A stretch of 64,000 nucleotides of DNA, from contig CAZFZB010000001.1 of assembly GCA_964523415.1 (NCBI GenBank), positions 16,073-80,072 on the forward strand, written 5' to 3'. Source of the stretch: an uncultured Chromatiaceae bacterium (GTDB taxonomy: Bacteria; Pseudomonadota; Gammaproteobacteria; Chromatiales; Chromatiaceae). Made by a program: the position numbers and the translations under genes. Under the pieces are notes generated by a model, which saw only the letters and a program-made list of their open reading frames with translations, did no database searches and was not told the origin of the DNA. Positions 18,026 to 28,768 of the stretch are shown one piece after another (within the stretch, counting starts at the first letter, position 1; each line of letters opens with the position of its first letter).

Positions 18026-19083
18026 ACGCCAAACTCCAGATTGGTGGGATCGATATCCCCCCCCGCAGCCAACGGCAGGTGGAATTACGGCTGCCCCTGC
18101 TCTATACCCATACGCCGGTGGTGTTGTCCGCGCAGGTTTTTCGTGGCCGGCGAGACGGGCCTTGCCTTTTCGTCTGTGCTGCCGTGCACGGTGACGAAAT
18201 CAATGGAGTCGAAATTATTCGGCGCTTGCGCCAGGCGCCAGCTCTCACCCGCCTGCGCGGCACCCTGATTCTGGTGCCCGTGGTCAATGTCTATGGCTTT
18301 GTACGCCAATCCCGCTACCTTCCAGATCGGCGGGATCTCAACCGGTGTTTTCCTGGCTCTGAGAAGGGCTCCCTGGCCGCACGCCTGGCTAATGCCTTCC
18401 TCGAGGAGATCGTCGCAAAGGCAGACTTTGGCATCGACCTGCACACTGGAGCCGTGCATCGTGAGAACTTACCCCAGATCCGCGCTAGCTTCGAACCTAG
18501 CGGCAAGGTAGAGATCTTGGCAAAGGCCTTTGGAAGCCCGGTTATCCTCAATGCCGACCTCCGAGACGGCTCCCTGCGCGAGGCCGCTTCCAATCTGGGG
18601 GTACCCGTACTCGTCTACGAGGGTGGCGAGGCCCTGCGCTTCAGCGAACTGGCAATTCGCGCCGGCGTCCGCGGCGTATTGGGGATGATGTGCGCCCTGG
18701 GGATGTTGGGCGGGGCCAAGCGGTCCCAGCGGGCTGGGCAGAGCCCATCCGAGGCCGTCATCGCCACCTCCAGTCAGTGGGTCCGCGCCCCCCAAAGCGG
18801 TATCCTGCGAGTTCCCCGACCCCTGGGGGCCCGAGTCGAGAAGGGGGAAAAACTGGGCTGGATCGCCGATCCCTTGGGCGATAACGAGGTGGCGGTGGAG
18901 TCACCCACCGCTGGCGTCATCATCGGCAAGGTCAACCTACCCCTAGTGAACGAGGGCGAGGCCCTGTACCACATTGCCCGCTTCGGGGAACCCGATATGG
19001 TCGCCGAGGCTGTCGAGCGCTTTCAGAGCGCCGTGGGACCCGAAAGCGATGCCATGCCCCTGCTGGAACCTCCCTATAATTGA
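18022..19083 (+). CDS. Succinylglutamate desuccinylase/aspartoacylase (AstE/AspA, M14-like) family zinc hydrolase
   Basis: Zinc motif [12 protein letters not shown]. The start GTG overlaps the rimK stop (GTGA at 18022-18025). Confidence 0.8.
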   Translation: MNAKLQIGGIDIPPRSQRQVELRLPLLYTHTPVVLSAQVFRGRRDGPCLFVCAAVHGDEINGVEIIRRLRQAPALTRLRGTLILVPVVNVYGFVRQSRYLPDRRDLNRCFPGSEKGSLAARLANAFLEEIVAKADFGIDLHTGAVHRENLPQIRASFEPSGKVEILAKAFGSPVILNADLRDGSLREAASNLGVPVLVYEGGEALRFSELAIRAGVRGVLGMMCALGMLGGAKRSQRAGQSPSEAVIATSSQWVRAPQSGILRVPRPLGARVEKGEKLGWIADPLGDNEVAVESPTAGVIIGKVNLPLVNEGEALYHIARFGEPDMVAEAVERFQSAVGPESDAMPLLEPPYN

Positions 19084-19134
19084 TTTCGGCAATCGCTGTT
19101 CACTTAATCGGCAACGCCACTCGAAGCCCCAATT

Positions 19135-19875
19135 ATGCAGCCTCCCGAACCAGGCTTAAGGCAAACCTATGCCGTGAGCCCCATTGGCCTAATCCGTTCC
19201 TGTTTCACCGGCAAATTTGGCATCCCCCGTCAAGCGGGCCTGGTGGCGGCGGCAGAGGCGCGGCTGGAATTGTTTCCAGAGTTTTCCAGACAGGAGGCCT
19301 TTGCCGGGCTGACGGGCTTCAGTCATCTTTGGCTAATCTTCGTCTTCCATGATGCCCTCGCCGAAGGCTGGCGACCGACGGTAAGGCCACCCAAGTTGGG
19401 GGGCCGGCGCAGGGTTGGGGTCTTCGCCAGCCGCTCCCCTCACAGACCCAACCCCATCGGCCTCTCCGCCGTCACCTTTCTCGGCCTCCATCAAGAGACG
19501 GGTGGACTCGCCTTGCGACTGGGTGGGGTAGACCTGCTGGACGGCACTCCGGTTCTGGACGTCAAACCCTATGTTCCCTATGCCGATTCCTTACCCCACG
19601 CCGACTCCGGATTCGTGCCAGACCCGCCAGATCAGGCTCGCCGTGTAAACTTCAGCCCAGGGGCTCAAGCACAGCTCAGCGCCCATGACCCCGCCGATCA
19701 TCGCCACCTCCACCAGTTGATCACCCAAATCCTGAGCCTTGACCCCCGTCCCGGCTACATGGACCTCTACCCGGATCGTCAGGATTTCGCCATGCGGCTC
19801 TTCGACCTGGAGGTAAAATGGCGTGAAACCGGTGACCAGATTCTGGTGACCGCCCTAGAGCCTGCACGGGATTGA
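19135..19875 (+). CDS. trmO: tRNA (t6A37-N6)-methyltransferase TrmO (TsaA/YaeB family)
   Basis: IGLIRSCF, RSPHRPNPIGLS and DGTPVLDVKPYVPYAD. Confidence 0.8.
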   Translation: MQPPEPGLRQTYAVSPIGLIRSCFTGKFGIPRQAGLVAAAEARLELFPEFSRQEAFAGLTGFSHLWLIFVFHDALAEGWRPTVRPPKLGGRRRVGVFASRSPHRPNPIGLSAVTFLGLHQETGGLALRLGGVDLLDGTPVLDVKPYVPYADSLPHADSGFVPDPPDQARRVNFSPGAQAQLSAHDPADHRHLHQLITQILSLDPRPGYMDLYPDRQDFAMRLFDLEVKWRETGDQILVTALEPARD

Positions 19876-19961
19876 AGAGTAGCGGCCCGGCCAACTCATT
19901 TCTGCGCTTGTTGTCGCCCTTACTCGACTTTCCACCCATTGCCGATCCCTTAAGGGGCACC

Positions 19962-20621
19962 TCAGCGCATAAAGCCATGCTCGGCCAGAAAACGGGTCGT
20001 GATGCGTTCGGCCGCCGGTTCGGCCGCCTGATCGCCTAGCAATAGCCGTTCCAGGTAGCGGGCTACCAGATCCACCTCGAGGTTGACACGGGTCCCCGTC
20101 TCGTAGTCGCCGAAGAGGGTCTCGGCCAGGGTGTGGGGGACTATGTTCAACTCAAAGATCGGCCCTTGGACGGAGTTGACCGTCAGGCTGGTGCCATCAA
20201 CACAGATGGAACCCTTCTGGGCAATGTAGCGTGCCAGACCCGCCGGGGCCTGAATCCGAAACCGCCAGGAGCGGGCATCCTGACGCCGTTCCAGAACCTC
20301 CCCAACCCCATCAACATGGCCGCTAACCAGGTGCCCTCCCAAGGGCGTGGCCAGGGTCAGGGCCTTTTCGAGATTGACCCGACTACCGGCGCTCAAATCC
20401 CCGAGGGTGGTCAGGGCCAGGGTTTCCCTGGAGACATCCGCCGCAAAGCGGGTGCCAGTAATTGCGATCGCGGTGAGACAGACGCCATTGACCGCAATGC
20501 TGTCCCCCAGCCCAACACCACTCATGGCAAGCTTGCCGGTGCTCAGGGTGAGGCGGGCGTCTCCGCCCCTGGATTCGATGGAATGGACCTCGCCAATGGC
20601 TTGGATGATGCCTGTAAACAT
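19962..20621 (-). CDS. ribE: Riboflavin synthase (alpha chain)
   Basis: MFTGIIQAIGEV and duplicated lumazine-binding repeats (GDSIAVNGVCLT / GSICVDGTSLT). Confidence 0.9.
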   Translation of the reverse strand: MFTGIIQAIGEVHSIESRGGDARLTLSTGKLAMSGVGLGDSIAVNGVCLTAIAITGTRFAADVSRETLALTTLGDLSAGSRVNLEKALTLATPLGGHLVSGHVDGVGEVLERRQDARSWRFRIQAPAGLARYIAQKGSICVDGTSLTVNSVQGPIFELNIVPHTLAETLFGDYETGTRVNLEVDLVARYLERLLLGDQAAEPAAERITTRFLAEHGFMR

Positions 20622-20851
20622 GACCGTTGACTTGAGTTGCCAAAAAGTGAGGCGATCTTAGCGCCCCAGCCGACCTATCGCCAGCGAGCGGAGATGACCC
20701 GGTTTCACAGCGGTGAGCAACACCCCGGAACCCTTCTCGACATCTGAACGCTGGGCCAGGGATCCCTCCTTGCATGCACGCCTCGAGGCGTTCTGTACAT
20801 CCCCGGGCAGAGAGCGGCAGCCCATAGGCCAGAATTGTTGTCCCTGACCCC

Positions 20852-22618
20852 TCAAGCCACTCTCATCCAGCCGCCCACTCGCCCAGCCTCTATCCGGACC
20901 ACGCCATCGAGCAGATCGCGGATCTCCTCATACCGATGGGTGACGATCAGCACCGTCATACGGCCATGCAGCGTGCGCAAAGCCTCCAGGACGATCTGCT
21001 GATGCTCATGGTCCAGAGCACTGGTGGCCTCGTCAAGAATCAGCAGTTCGGGGTCTCTTAGCAAGGCACGCGCCAAGGCCAAACGCTGCTTTTCGCCACC
21101 AGAGAGGCGGACGCCGCGCTCCCCCACCCAAGTGTCCAGACCCAGGGGCATGCCACGAACGAAGGCACCGGCAGCAGCCTTATCAAGAGCCGCCATCAAC
21201 CGGTCATCGTCAGCCCTCACCACACCCCAGGCCAGGTTGGCACGCAGGGTACCATCGAGGATGGCTGCGTCCTGGGGGATGTAGGCGATGCACCGCCGCC
21301 AGTTGGCATCCGTGATTAGGGGTCTTCCGTCAACCAGGATCCGGCCCGAGGTGGGTGCGTTCAGGCCGCTGAGGAGGTCGAGCAATGTGGTCTTGCCCGC
21401 GCCGGTCGGACCTATGATGGCCGTGGTGCGGCAGGCCGGAATAAAGAGATCAGGGATGACAAAGATCCGGCTGCCCTGGGGGTGACGAAAAGTCACATCC
21501 CGCAAGCCCAGGCCCTCCGCCAGGATGGGGTATAAACTCTGGTCTACGATAGGGTTAGGATCCCCCCTTGGGGCATCCCCCTCCTGGTCCCGCTCCTCCT
21601 GGCAACGTTTAATCCATTCCAGCCAACTCGTAAAGGCTGGAGCCATATGCCAGATCTGCTGTAAGCCTTGATGAATACTCGAGACCTGAGGCAACATCCG
21701 GGCGAAAATGGCGATTAAAACCAGCAGACGGGCCGCCGGTAGCTCGACCCAGACCAGGGCAGCATAGGTCAGCGTAGCCAACGCCAGGGCGCCGCCGAGG
21801 CGGAAGGCCGATTGGGAGCGAGTTCGGACCTGGGTGAAGTTCAACTGCTGCTCACGCAACTGTGCAACGACCTGGGCGAACTGGCATTGGTAGCCAGCCT
21901 CCTCACCGTGGATCTTGATGAGTTTGAGGGATCCCAGAAACTCCTGTGCCTTGTTGAACAGGTTACGAGTGGCCAGGCTCAGAACCTGGCCACTTTGTTG
22001 GGCAGCATCCCGGGATTTGCGCAGCAGCCACCAAAGGGCCATCCCCGTGACCAAGGCCAAGCCGGTGACGGGTGGCGACAGGGCAAAGGCCAAGGCCAGA
22101 TAGACAGGGAAAACCGCCAGTTGGGTGAATAACTGCAACAAAAAAATAGTGCCGGTGCCCACCCGGCTTATATCGGTAGTCAGGACGCTCAAAAACTCAC
22201 TGCTATGATGCTGGGACAGGAAACACCAGCGAGCCCCGGACAATGCGCTGAAGAGGGACGTGCGCAGGTGATCGACGAAACGCAGTTGCAGCCGCTGGGA
22301 ACGCCGTTCCCGCAGCAAGGTTACTGAAGATTGCAGGCCAATCAGACTGACGAAGAGGCCAAGCGTGAGCAGAAGCTTGTGCTCGGGGGGGATACTCTCC
22401 AGTAGTCGCGACACATTGGTAGGCAAGGTTATCGACAAAGCCGCTCCCGGCGTTCCGTTGACTACCCCAGCCAGGGTCAGTAAAGGCAGGAGCAACAAGA
22501 TCCCCAACCCTTCCAATAGAGCGCCGAGCAAATTAAGGCCCAGGGTGATCGATACCGCGCGAGGGTCAAAACGCCAGAATTCCGTCAGGAAGGGACCTAA
22601 GCCCAGAAGGTGATTCAT
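20852..22618 (-). CDS. ABC exporter, fused permease/ATPase (MsbA-like half transporter)
   Basis: Six N-terminal TM helices. Walker A GPTGAGKTT, signature LSGGEKQRLALARAL, Walker B LLILDEATSALD. Confidence 0.8.
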   Translation of the reverse strand: MNHLLGLGPFLTEFWRFDPRAVSITLGLNLLGALLEGLGILLLLPLLTLAGVVNGTPGAALSITLPTNVSRLLESIPPEHKLLLTLGLFVSLIGLQSSVTLLRERRSQRLQLRFVDHLRTSLFSALSGARWCFLSQHHSSEFLSVLTTDISRVGTGTIFLLQLFTQLAVFPVYLALAFALSPPVTGLALVTGMALWWLLRKSRDAAQQSGQVLSLATRNLFNKAQEFLGSLKLIKIHGEEAGYQCQFAQVVAQLREQQLNFTQVRTRSQSAFRLGGALALATLTYAALVWVELPAARLLVLIAIFARMLPQVSSIHQGLQQIWHMAPAFTSWLEWIKRCQEERDQEGDAPRGDPNPIVDQSLYPILAEGLGLRDVTFRHPQGSRIFVIPDLFIPACRTTAIIGPTGAGKTTLLDLLSGLNAPTSGRILVDGRPLITDANWRRCIAYIPQDAAILDGTLRANLAWGVVRADDDRLMAALDKAAAGAFVRGMPLGLDTWVGERGVRLSGGEKQRLALARALLRDPELLILDEATSALDHEHQQIVLEALRTLHGRMTVLIVTHRYEEIRDLLDGVVRIEAGRVGGWMRVA

Positions 22619-22667
22619 ATCCCGTAATTTCGCGCTAACGCCCGTTCAAGGGTTCAACCCTGATGCC

Positions 22668-23837
22668 TTAGCTGTGATTAGTGGTCAAAGAACCACCCTT
22701 TGGAGTCTGGGGAATGGCAGTTATCCTCAGATCCGGCCCAACCATGCGGATATCTTGGATAGACAGAGGGAGTCGGTCCCGCATGAGTTCCAGTCCAGGT
22801 AGGTGACAGAGACCCAGTCCGGCATCACCCATGAGGTGCGGGGCCAGGTAGAGGACCCATTCGTCCACCAGTCCGGCTTGGAGCGCGGCGCCGGCCAGGG
22901 TAGCACCGGCCTCGATCAGTACCTCGTTTATCTCTTGGCGTGCGAGATAACGCAACAGGAATTCCAGGTCCACGCCGCCGGGTCCTGCCGGTGTCACCAA
23001 GACCTGGGCACCCGCGGCTTCCAGGCGCGCGGCCAGGCCAGGCTCGGCCGACAAACAGGCAATCAGGCTTGACCCGGGCAAGGTCAGTAGCCGCGCGGTC
23101 GGTGGGGTACGCAATCGGCTATCGACTACCACCCGGACTGGCTGATGGACCTGGCTATCAGGCTCGACCCCGGGCAATTCGGTGGCCAACAAGCGAACAT
23201 TCAGGGAGGGATCATCCGCCAATAGGGTTTCTACCCCGGTGAGGATCGCGGCACTGCGGGCGCGCAGAAACTGAGCATCGCGCCGCGCGGCGTCGGAGGT
23301 AATCCACTGGCTCTCGCCGCTTGCCATGGCGGTACGACCGTCCAGGCTGGCGGCCAGCTTGCAGCGTACATAGGGTAACCCCTGTTCCATGCGTTTAATA
23401 AAACCGGGGTTGAGTCGCCGCGCCTCCTCCTCCAACAGCCCCACGGCCGTGGAAACACCTTGGGCCCGCAGCCGCGCCAGGCCCGCGCCAGCAACCAGGG
23501 GATTCGGATCCTGCATGGCCGCCACCACCCGCCTGACCCCAGACTTGATCAGTCCATCGACACAAGGGGGCGTTTTACCATGATGGCAACAGGGCTCCAG
23601 GCTGACAAAGGCGGTCGCACCCTGGGCACGATCCCCCGCCATAGCCAGTGCCAGGCGCTCGGCATGGGGAGCGCCCGCCCTATGGTGCCAACCCTCACCC
23701 ACGACCTCACCATCTCGGACGAGGACGCATCCAACGCAGGGATTGGGCGCAGTGGTATAGAGGCCCAGCGCCGCCAGGCGAATAGCGCGGGCCATGTGAA
23801 TCCGATCACTGGTGGAATCGCTGATGGGATCCATCAA
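22668..23837 (-). CDS. ribD: Bifunctional riboflavin biosynthesis deaminase/reductase RibD
   Basis: Deaminase zinc motifs HAERLAL and [11 protein letters not shown], plus a C-terminal reductase domain. The start overlaps the nrdR stop by 4 nt. Confidence 0.9.
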   Translation of the reverse strand: MMDPISDSTSDRIHMARAIRLAALGLYTTAPNPCVGCVLVRDGEVVGEGWHHRAGAPHAERLALAMAGDRAQGATAFVSLEPCCHHGKTPPCVDGLIKSGVRRVVAAMQDPNPLVAGAGLARLRAQGVSTAVGLLEEEARRLNPGFIKRMEQGLPYVRCKLAASLDGRTAMASGESQWITSDAARRDAQFLRARSAAILTGVETLLADDPSLNVRLLATELPGVEPDSQVHQPVRVVVDSRLRTPPTARLLTLPGSSLIACLSAEPGLAARLEAAGAQVLVTPAGPGGVDLEFLLRYLARQEINEVLIEAGATLAGAALQAGLVDEWVLYLAPHLMGDAGLGLCHLPGLELMRDRLPLSIQDIRMVGPDLRITAIPQTPKGGSLTTNHS

Positions 23838-24355
23838 GGCTTGGGGTCCAGGGGGTCCAGGTTTACCAGGAAATCGAGTTGCATGCGCTTCGACTCGGGT
23901 CCCTGTTGGCGCTCCAGACGGTCTATTTCATCGCGAAAGGCCCGCACATCCTCGAACTTGCGATAGACGGAGGCAAAGCGTACATATGCAACCTGGTCCA
24001 GGTGGCGCAGTTCCTCCATGACCAGTTCGCCGATTTCGCGCGCCGGGACCTCACTCTCGCCACTGGAAATGAGCCGCCGGGTGACGTGTGCCAAGGCGTC
24101 CTCAATCTCCTCGGTGCCCACGGGCCGCTTCTCCAAAGCACGCATCATGCCCGAGCGCACCTTGCGGCCGTCAAACGGCACCCGGGTGCCATCGCGCTTG
24201 ATGACACGCGGCAGATTCAGTTCCGCCGATTCGTAAGTGGTAAAACGATCCTTGCAAACCAGGCACTCGCGGCGGCGACGTACCTGATCACCATCCCCTG
24301 AGAGTCGGGAATCAACGACCTTGGTGTCCTGCGCACCACAAAAGGGACAGCGCAT
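23834..24355 (-). CDS. nrdR: Transcriptional repressor NrdR
   Basis: Zinc ribbon [17 protein letters not shown]...CLVC plus an ATP-cone. Confidence 0.9.
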   Translation of the reverse strand: MRCPFCGAQDTKVVDSRLSGDGDQVRRRRECLVCKDRFTTYESAELNLPRVIKRDGTRVPFDGRKVRSGMMRALEKRPVGTEEIEDALAHVTRRLISSGESEVPAREIGELVMEELRHLDQVAYVRFASVYRKFEDVRAFRDEIDRLERQQGPESKRMQLDFLVNLDPLDPKP

Positions 24356-24407
24356 CCGACCACCTAGTTAGGGCTGGGTCTATAAGAGGCCAGATCCAAG
24401 TCTGAGA

Positions 24408-25673
24408 TCAGCCAGCCGTATGCCGGTACACCGGAAAACGCGCACAGAGGTCCAAGGTCTTGGCCTTGACCTCATCTACCTTAGCCTGATCGCCGCGAGC
24501 GTCGATCAGATCGCACATCCAACCGGCAAGGGCCCGCGCCTCGGCCTCACCACAACCACGCGTCGTCAGGGCAGGGGTACCAACGCGGATACCGCTAGTA
24601 ACAAAAGGCGATTGAGGGTCATTGGGCACGGCGTTCTTGTTGACCGTGATGTTGGCCGCGCCCAGCCAGGCATCGACATCCTTACCCGTCAGCCCCTGCT
24701 GGATGAAGCTGACTAGAAAAAGGTGGTCATCGGTGCCACCAGACACCACCTCATAACCCCGATCGATGAAGACTTGGGCCATCGCGCGGGCATTGGCCAA
24801 GACCTGGCGTTGATAGTCCTTGAAGCCGGGCTCCATGGCCTCCTTGAGGGCCACCGCCTTGGCAGCGATGACGTGCATCAGGGGTCCACCTTGGGTACCG
24901 GGGAAGACCAGGGAGTTGAGTTTCTTCTCGACCTCAGCATTGGTCTTGGCCAGGATGAGACCACCGCGAGGGCCTCGCAAGGTCTTGTGGGTGGTGGTCG
25001 TGGTCACGTCAGCGATCTGAACCGGGCTGGGATAGAGGCCTGCCGCCACCAGGCCAGCCACATGGGCCATATCGACCAGGAAGAAGGCACCAACCCCATC
25101 GGCAATATCCCTGAAGCGTTGCCAGTCGATGAAACGCGAATAGGCGGAGAAACCCGCGACAATCATTTTGGGTCCATGCTCCCGGGCCAAGCGTTCCACC
25201 TCGGCATAGTCGATCTCGCCTGTCGTTGGGTCGAGGCCATATTGAAAGGCCTTATAGAGCTTTCCGGAAAAGTTGGGCTTAGCGCCATGGGTCAGGTGAC
25301 CGCCGTGGGCCAGGCTCATACCCAGAACCACATCACCCGGTTCGCACAAGGCCATATAGACCGCTGCATTGGCCTGGGAACCCGAGTGAGGCTGCACATT
25401 GGCAAAATCCGCCCCAAAAAGGGCCTTGGCGCGATCGATGGCCAGTTGTTCGACGATATCGACAAACTCGCAGCCGCCATAATAGCGCTTGCCTGGATAG
25501 CCCTCGGCATACTTATTGGTCAAGACGGAACCTTGAGCCTGCATCACACGTGGGCTGGTGTAATTTTCGGAGGCGATTAACTCGACGTGCTCCTCCTGGC
25601 GGCGCTCCTCACCCTGAATAGCCGCCCAAAGTTCGTCGTCGTAACTCCAGATATGCATGGACTGGTCAAACAT
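24408..25673 (-). CDS. glyA: Serine hydroxymethyltransferase
   Basis: PLP-lysine motif [14 protein letters not shown]. Full-length colinearity with GlyA. Confidence 0.95.
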   Translation of the reverse strand: MFDQSMHIWSYDDELWAAIQGEERRQEEHVELIASENYTSPRVMQAQGSVLTNKYAEGYPGKRYYGGCEFVDIVEQLAIDRAKALFGADFANVQPHSGSQANAAVYMALCEPGDVVLGMSLAHGGHLTHGAKPNFSGKLYKAFQYGLDPTTGEIDYAEVERLAREHGPKMIVAGFSAYSRFIDWQRFRDIADGVGAFFLVDMAHVAGLVAAGLYPSPVQIADVTTTTTHKTLRGPRGGLILAKTNAEVEKKLNSLVFPGTQGGPLMHVIAAKAVALKEAMEPGFKDYQRQVLANARAMAQVFIDRGYEVVSGGTDDHLFLVSFIQQGLTGKDVDAWLGAANITVNKNAVPNDPQSPFVTSGIRVGTPALTTRGCGEAEARALAGWMCDLIDARGDQAKVDEVKAKTLDLCARFPVYRHTAG

Positions 25674-26234
25674 GGTTTGTCCTCAACCGATGAAATGTTG
25701 CCATTTTAGCTGCTTTGCCCCTCGTGGTCGCCTTCCTGATCGCCTCTTGTTGCTTACTTGGTGCGGATCGGAGTGGCTTACCAGAAAGCTAGGCATTTTG
25801 GCGTCCAGGGGTAGGCGACGACCGTAAAGAGGCCCCGTGAATACTTCCCTCTGGGCTTGGAGCCAGCATTCCTGCTGTCTATATCCATGCCAGTTGCCAC
25901 CTGTCCCTTCCGACCCATTGCGATAGCCGTGATCCTTGGAGTGGTTGATCCCTCCTTGTCAAGATGATTTTTGGTGGTTTGCAAAAATTCATTTTATGGG
26001 GTAAATCGAGTATTAATTCGGCGAATCGCTTCGTTCCAAGTATGTGAATTCCTGCTGATGCGGCGTTATTTCAACCCATCATCCTGGTGACGATTCCATT
26101 CGCGAAGGAATATTGATCGGATTTTTTGACCTTATACTGAAATACAAAGACCGGTTATTACCAGGGGGCGATAGATTTGTTCCGGGCGGGAAGGGACTGA
26201 GGGTGAATAGCGTGCGACTCCTTTCGCCCCAGTT

Positions 26235-26254
26235 TATACGGAGGGCTCCGTATA
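26235..26254. repeat. Perfect 9-2-9 inverted repeat TATACGGAG-GG-CTCCGTATA
   Basis: Read directly, about 105 bp upstream of the membrane-protein ORF inside the AT-richer island. Function unknown; it could be an operator or a hairpin. Confidence 0.5.
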
Positions 26255-26359
26255 TTGATCCATCCTGTTAAGTAAGGCTAGCAGAACGCCTGCGATCCTC
26301 CGATAATCAAAAGGTTCCACTACGCCAATAGCCTGGATTCGGAATTACGAGGACAAATC

Positions 26360-26947
26360 ATGTTATTTTTGAAACTTATCATTGCGTTTGCGCCATGGCT
26401 TGCATTCCTGTTAATTGCTCACGACAGCCTCTTTCGTCTCAAACTCGGGTTACTAACCGCCCTGGTTCTGAGCATCGCAATGGGTCTTGCCCGGCTGCAT
26501 CGGGGTATAATTTTATGGGTAGGGTTGGCCTTTTTTTCATGCGCCACACTCGCAGTTAATGTTTTTAATAACATGGGGGCGGTAAAATACATGGGGATCA
26601 TTGCCTCGGGTACCCTGGCTATAAGTACCTGGCTAACCCTAATTACTAAAAGGCCCTTTACAATGGAATACGCCAAGGAACACACGGAACCGTCATTATG
26701 GAATAGTCCTATCTTCGTTAGAACAAACATGCTTCTGACTGCAGCCTGGGGTACCACCTTCACTATCAACGCGCTGTTAGCCTGGGGCAAGATGGAGCAT
26801 TTGTTCCTGACTGAATCGGCTTACGAGATAATCAGCTACACCTTGATGCTTGGAACCGCCGGCTTTACGACTTGGTACCCGGGTCACATACGTCAAAAAA
26901 CCGGAACCAGCGTCAATTCCGCCTCGAAAACAGGGATAGCGGACTGA
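26360..26947 (+). CDS. Hypothetical integral membrane protein (195 aa), AT-richer than its surroundings
   Basis: Five to six hydrophobic helices. Codon usage is visibly A/T-richer than in flanking genes. No family recognised. Confidence 0.5.
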   Translation: MLFLKLIIAFAPWLAFLLIAHDSLFRLKLGLLTALVLSIAMGLARLHRGIILWVGLAFFSCATLAVNVFNNMGAVKYMGIIASGTLAISTWLTLITKRPFTMEYAKEHTEPSLWNSPIFVRTNMLLTAAWGTTFTINALLAWGKMEHLFLTESAYEIISYTLMLGTAGFTTWYPGHIRQKTGTSVNSASKTGIAD

Positions 26948-27479
26948 GCCTATCAGACCGGTTCCGGGTGATCGAGCCCCGGAGGTGATGTCGTCGAAGG
27001 GGGGTAACTGCAGGATTCAGGTCGACTGCCAGGAGGCCTCAGGTCGCGAATTCTTTTTGGGTCATGAAGCGATGCGCGACCTCGCTGAAGGACTCCGGAG
27101 CCAGACCACATGAACCTTTGTCAGTACAAGAAGGCCACGACCACCTGACCATCCGCCAGAACCCGCGAGAAGCAACCAAGTTGAAGTCGTATACCTTTGG
27201 TTCAGACCCCCTTGCTGACCCCGACTCGCACAACTCGCCCCCCATCGATTCAACGAGGGCATTTACCCCTCTTCATGCCCATCTCAATGAAAATCGCCCC
27301 CTTTGCCGCCATGTTGAGCAATGGGTTTCCTGCAGTTCCAGACCTGGTTCGTCAGGGTGACTGGTAATAGGCACAACTCCCTAGCCAGCAAGAGAATATG
27401 ATATGCACGGGTCCTCGCTATACCCTATAGGGTCGGGGCCTCAGGCTCAAGTCCCCCTGATTCTATATTTTGGATAAGC

Positions 27480-28748
27480 ATGAAAATCTATAATCTCTTC
27501 CCTCTGCTGGCGGGGCCGTTCAGTAACTGGACGCCCCATTTAGAACGCGCGGCGGCCATGGGCTTTGACTGGATCTTCGTGAACCCGATACAACCTACTG
27601 GACAGTCAGGGAGCCTCTATTCGATCAGCGACTATTTTGGAGTTAATCCGGCGCTGCTGGCCGCTGGTTCGCGCAAACGACCCGAAACCCAGGTTCGGGA
27701 TATGCTCAAGGTTGCCGAGAGGCTGGGCCTGCGCCTCATGATCGATCTGGTCATCAACCACTGTGCCGTGGACTCCCCCCTCACCCAGACTCACCCGGAT
27801 TGGTTTAAGCGCGAAGGTGGGCGCATTGCCCATCCCTTTTGCCTGGAGCAGGACGGACGTAAGGTGGTTTGGGAGGACTTGGCTCAGTTCGATCATAGCT
27901 ATTCACCGGATGCCAAGGGTTTGCGTGAATACACCGGCAAACTGGTGGAGCATCTGATCGACCTGGGGTTCGCGGGGTTCCGCTGTGATGCAGCTTATCA
28001 GATCCCGACTGAGTTCTGGCGGCGTCTGATCAAGGACACCCGACGCCAACATCCTGGTGTGATTTTTGTCGCCGAGACCCTTGGCTGCTCACCAGAACAG
28101 ACGCGACAGACTGCCGCTGCGGGTTTTGACGCCATCTTTAACAGCGCCAAGTGGTGGGATTTTTACAGTCCCTGGCTACTGGAACAATACGAACTCACAC
28201 GCCAGATCGCACCCTCCATCGGGTTTCCCGAGAGTCACGATACGGGACGCCTCTTTGTGGAGTCTGGATGCAATGTGAACGCCCTCAAGCAGCGTTACCT
28301 CTTTACCGCCCTCTTCTCCACGGGTGTCATGATGCCTATGGGGTATGAGTTTGGCTTTCAACGTCCGCTGCATGTGGTCAAGACCCGACCAGAGGATTGG
28401 GAACCGCCAGCAGTGGATTTGACCGCCTTCATCACGGCCGTCAATCGCATCAAGGCTGATTATCCTGTCTTTCGCGAGGATGGACTGATACAGCGCCTGG
28501 AATCCTTCAACCCCGCCGTCCTGCTACTCTGGCAGGCTTCCACCCAAGGCCATGGCCAGGCCCTGTTGGTGTTGAACAAGGACCCTTGGAACCGCCAGCA
28601 TTTTCATTGCGACGACCTCTACCGGTTGGTGCAGGCCCCGCCTCCCCTCCTCGATGTCTCACCGGAGTGGGCCATGGACTTTCTACCAACCCCTTTTGAT
28701 TTCGAACTGGATCCCGGCATGGCGCGCGTATTCGTCACCCGCCCCTGA
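27480..28748 (+). CDS. GH13 alpha-amylase family enzyme, short GlgE-like catalytic core
   Basis: GH13 conserved regions GFDWIFVNPIQP, GFAGFRCDAAYQIP, VIFVAETLG and GFPESHDTGR. It lacks the long N-terminal domains of GlgE. Confidence 0.7.
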   Translation: MKIYNLFPLLAGPFSNWTPHLERAAAMGFDWIFVNPIQPTGQSGSLYSISDYFGVNPALLAAGSRKRPETQVRDMLKVAERLGLRLMIDLVINHCAVDSPLTQTHPDWFKREGGRIAHPFCLEQDGRKVVWEDLAQFDHSYSPDAKGLREYTGKLVEHLIDLGFAGFRCDAAYQIPTEFWRRLIKDTRRQHPGVIFVAETLGCSPEQTRQTAAAGFDAIFNSAKWWDFYSPWLLEQYELTRQIAPSIGFPESHDTGRLFVESGCNVNALKQRYLFTALFSTGVMMPMGYEFGFQRPLHVVKTRPEDWEPPAVDLTAFITAVNRIKADYPVFREDGLIQRLESFNPAVLLLWQASTQGHGQALLVLNKDPWNRQHFHCDDLYRLVQAPPPLLDVSPEWAMDFLPTPFDFELDPGMARVFVTRP

Positions 28749-28768
28749 CCGGCCCCGGAGTTATTGCC

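Noticed and set aside
20622-20851. Possible FMN riboswitch upstream of ribE
   Set aside because: A by-eye comparison with the RFN element core (GGUGAAAUUCC, AGCCCGCGAGC, GCCGACGGU, AGUCCGGAUG) found no convincing matches.
25674-25900. Possible ZTP (pfl) or other riboswitch in the glyA leader
   Set aside because: The minus-strand leader lacks the conserved ZTP elements I remember (GACUGGCG ... CCGCCUGGGCA type), with only vague similarity. A covariance-model scan would be needed to settle it.
27039-27360. Short ORFs (66-98 aa) on both strands in the spacer before the GH13 gene, possibly pseudogene remnants
   Set aside because: They have no start context, no recognisable motif and mutually overlapping frames. 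I cannot support coding or pseudogene status without a BLASTX search.
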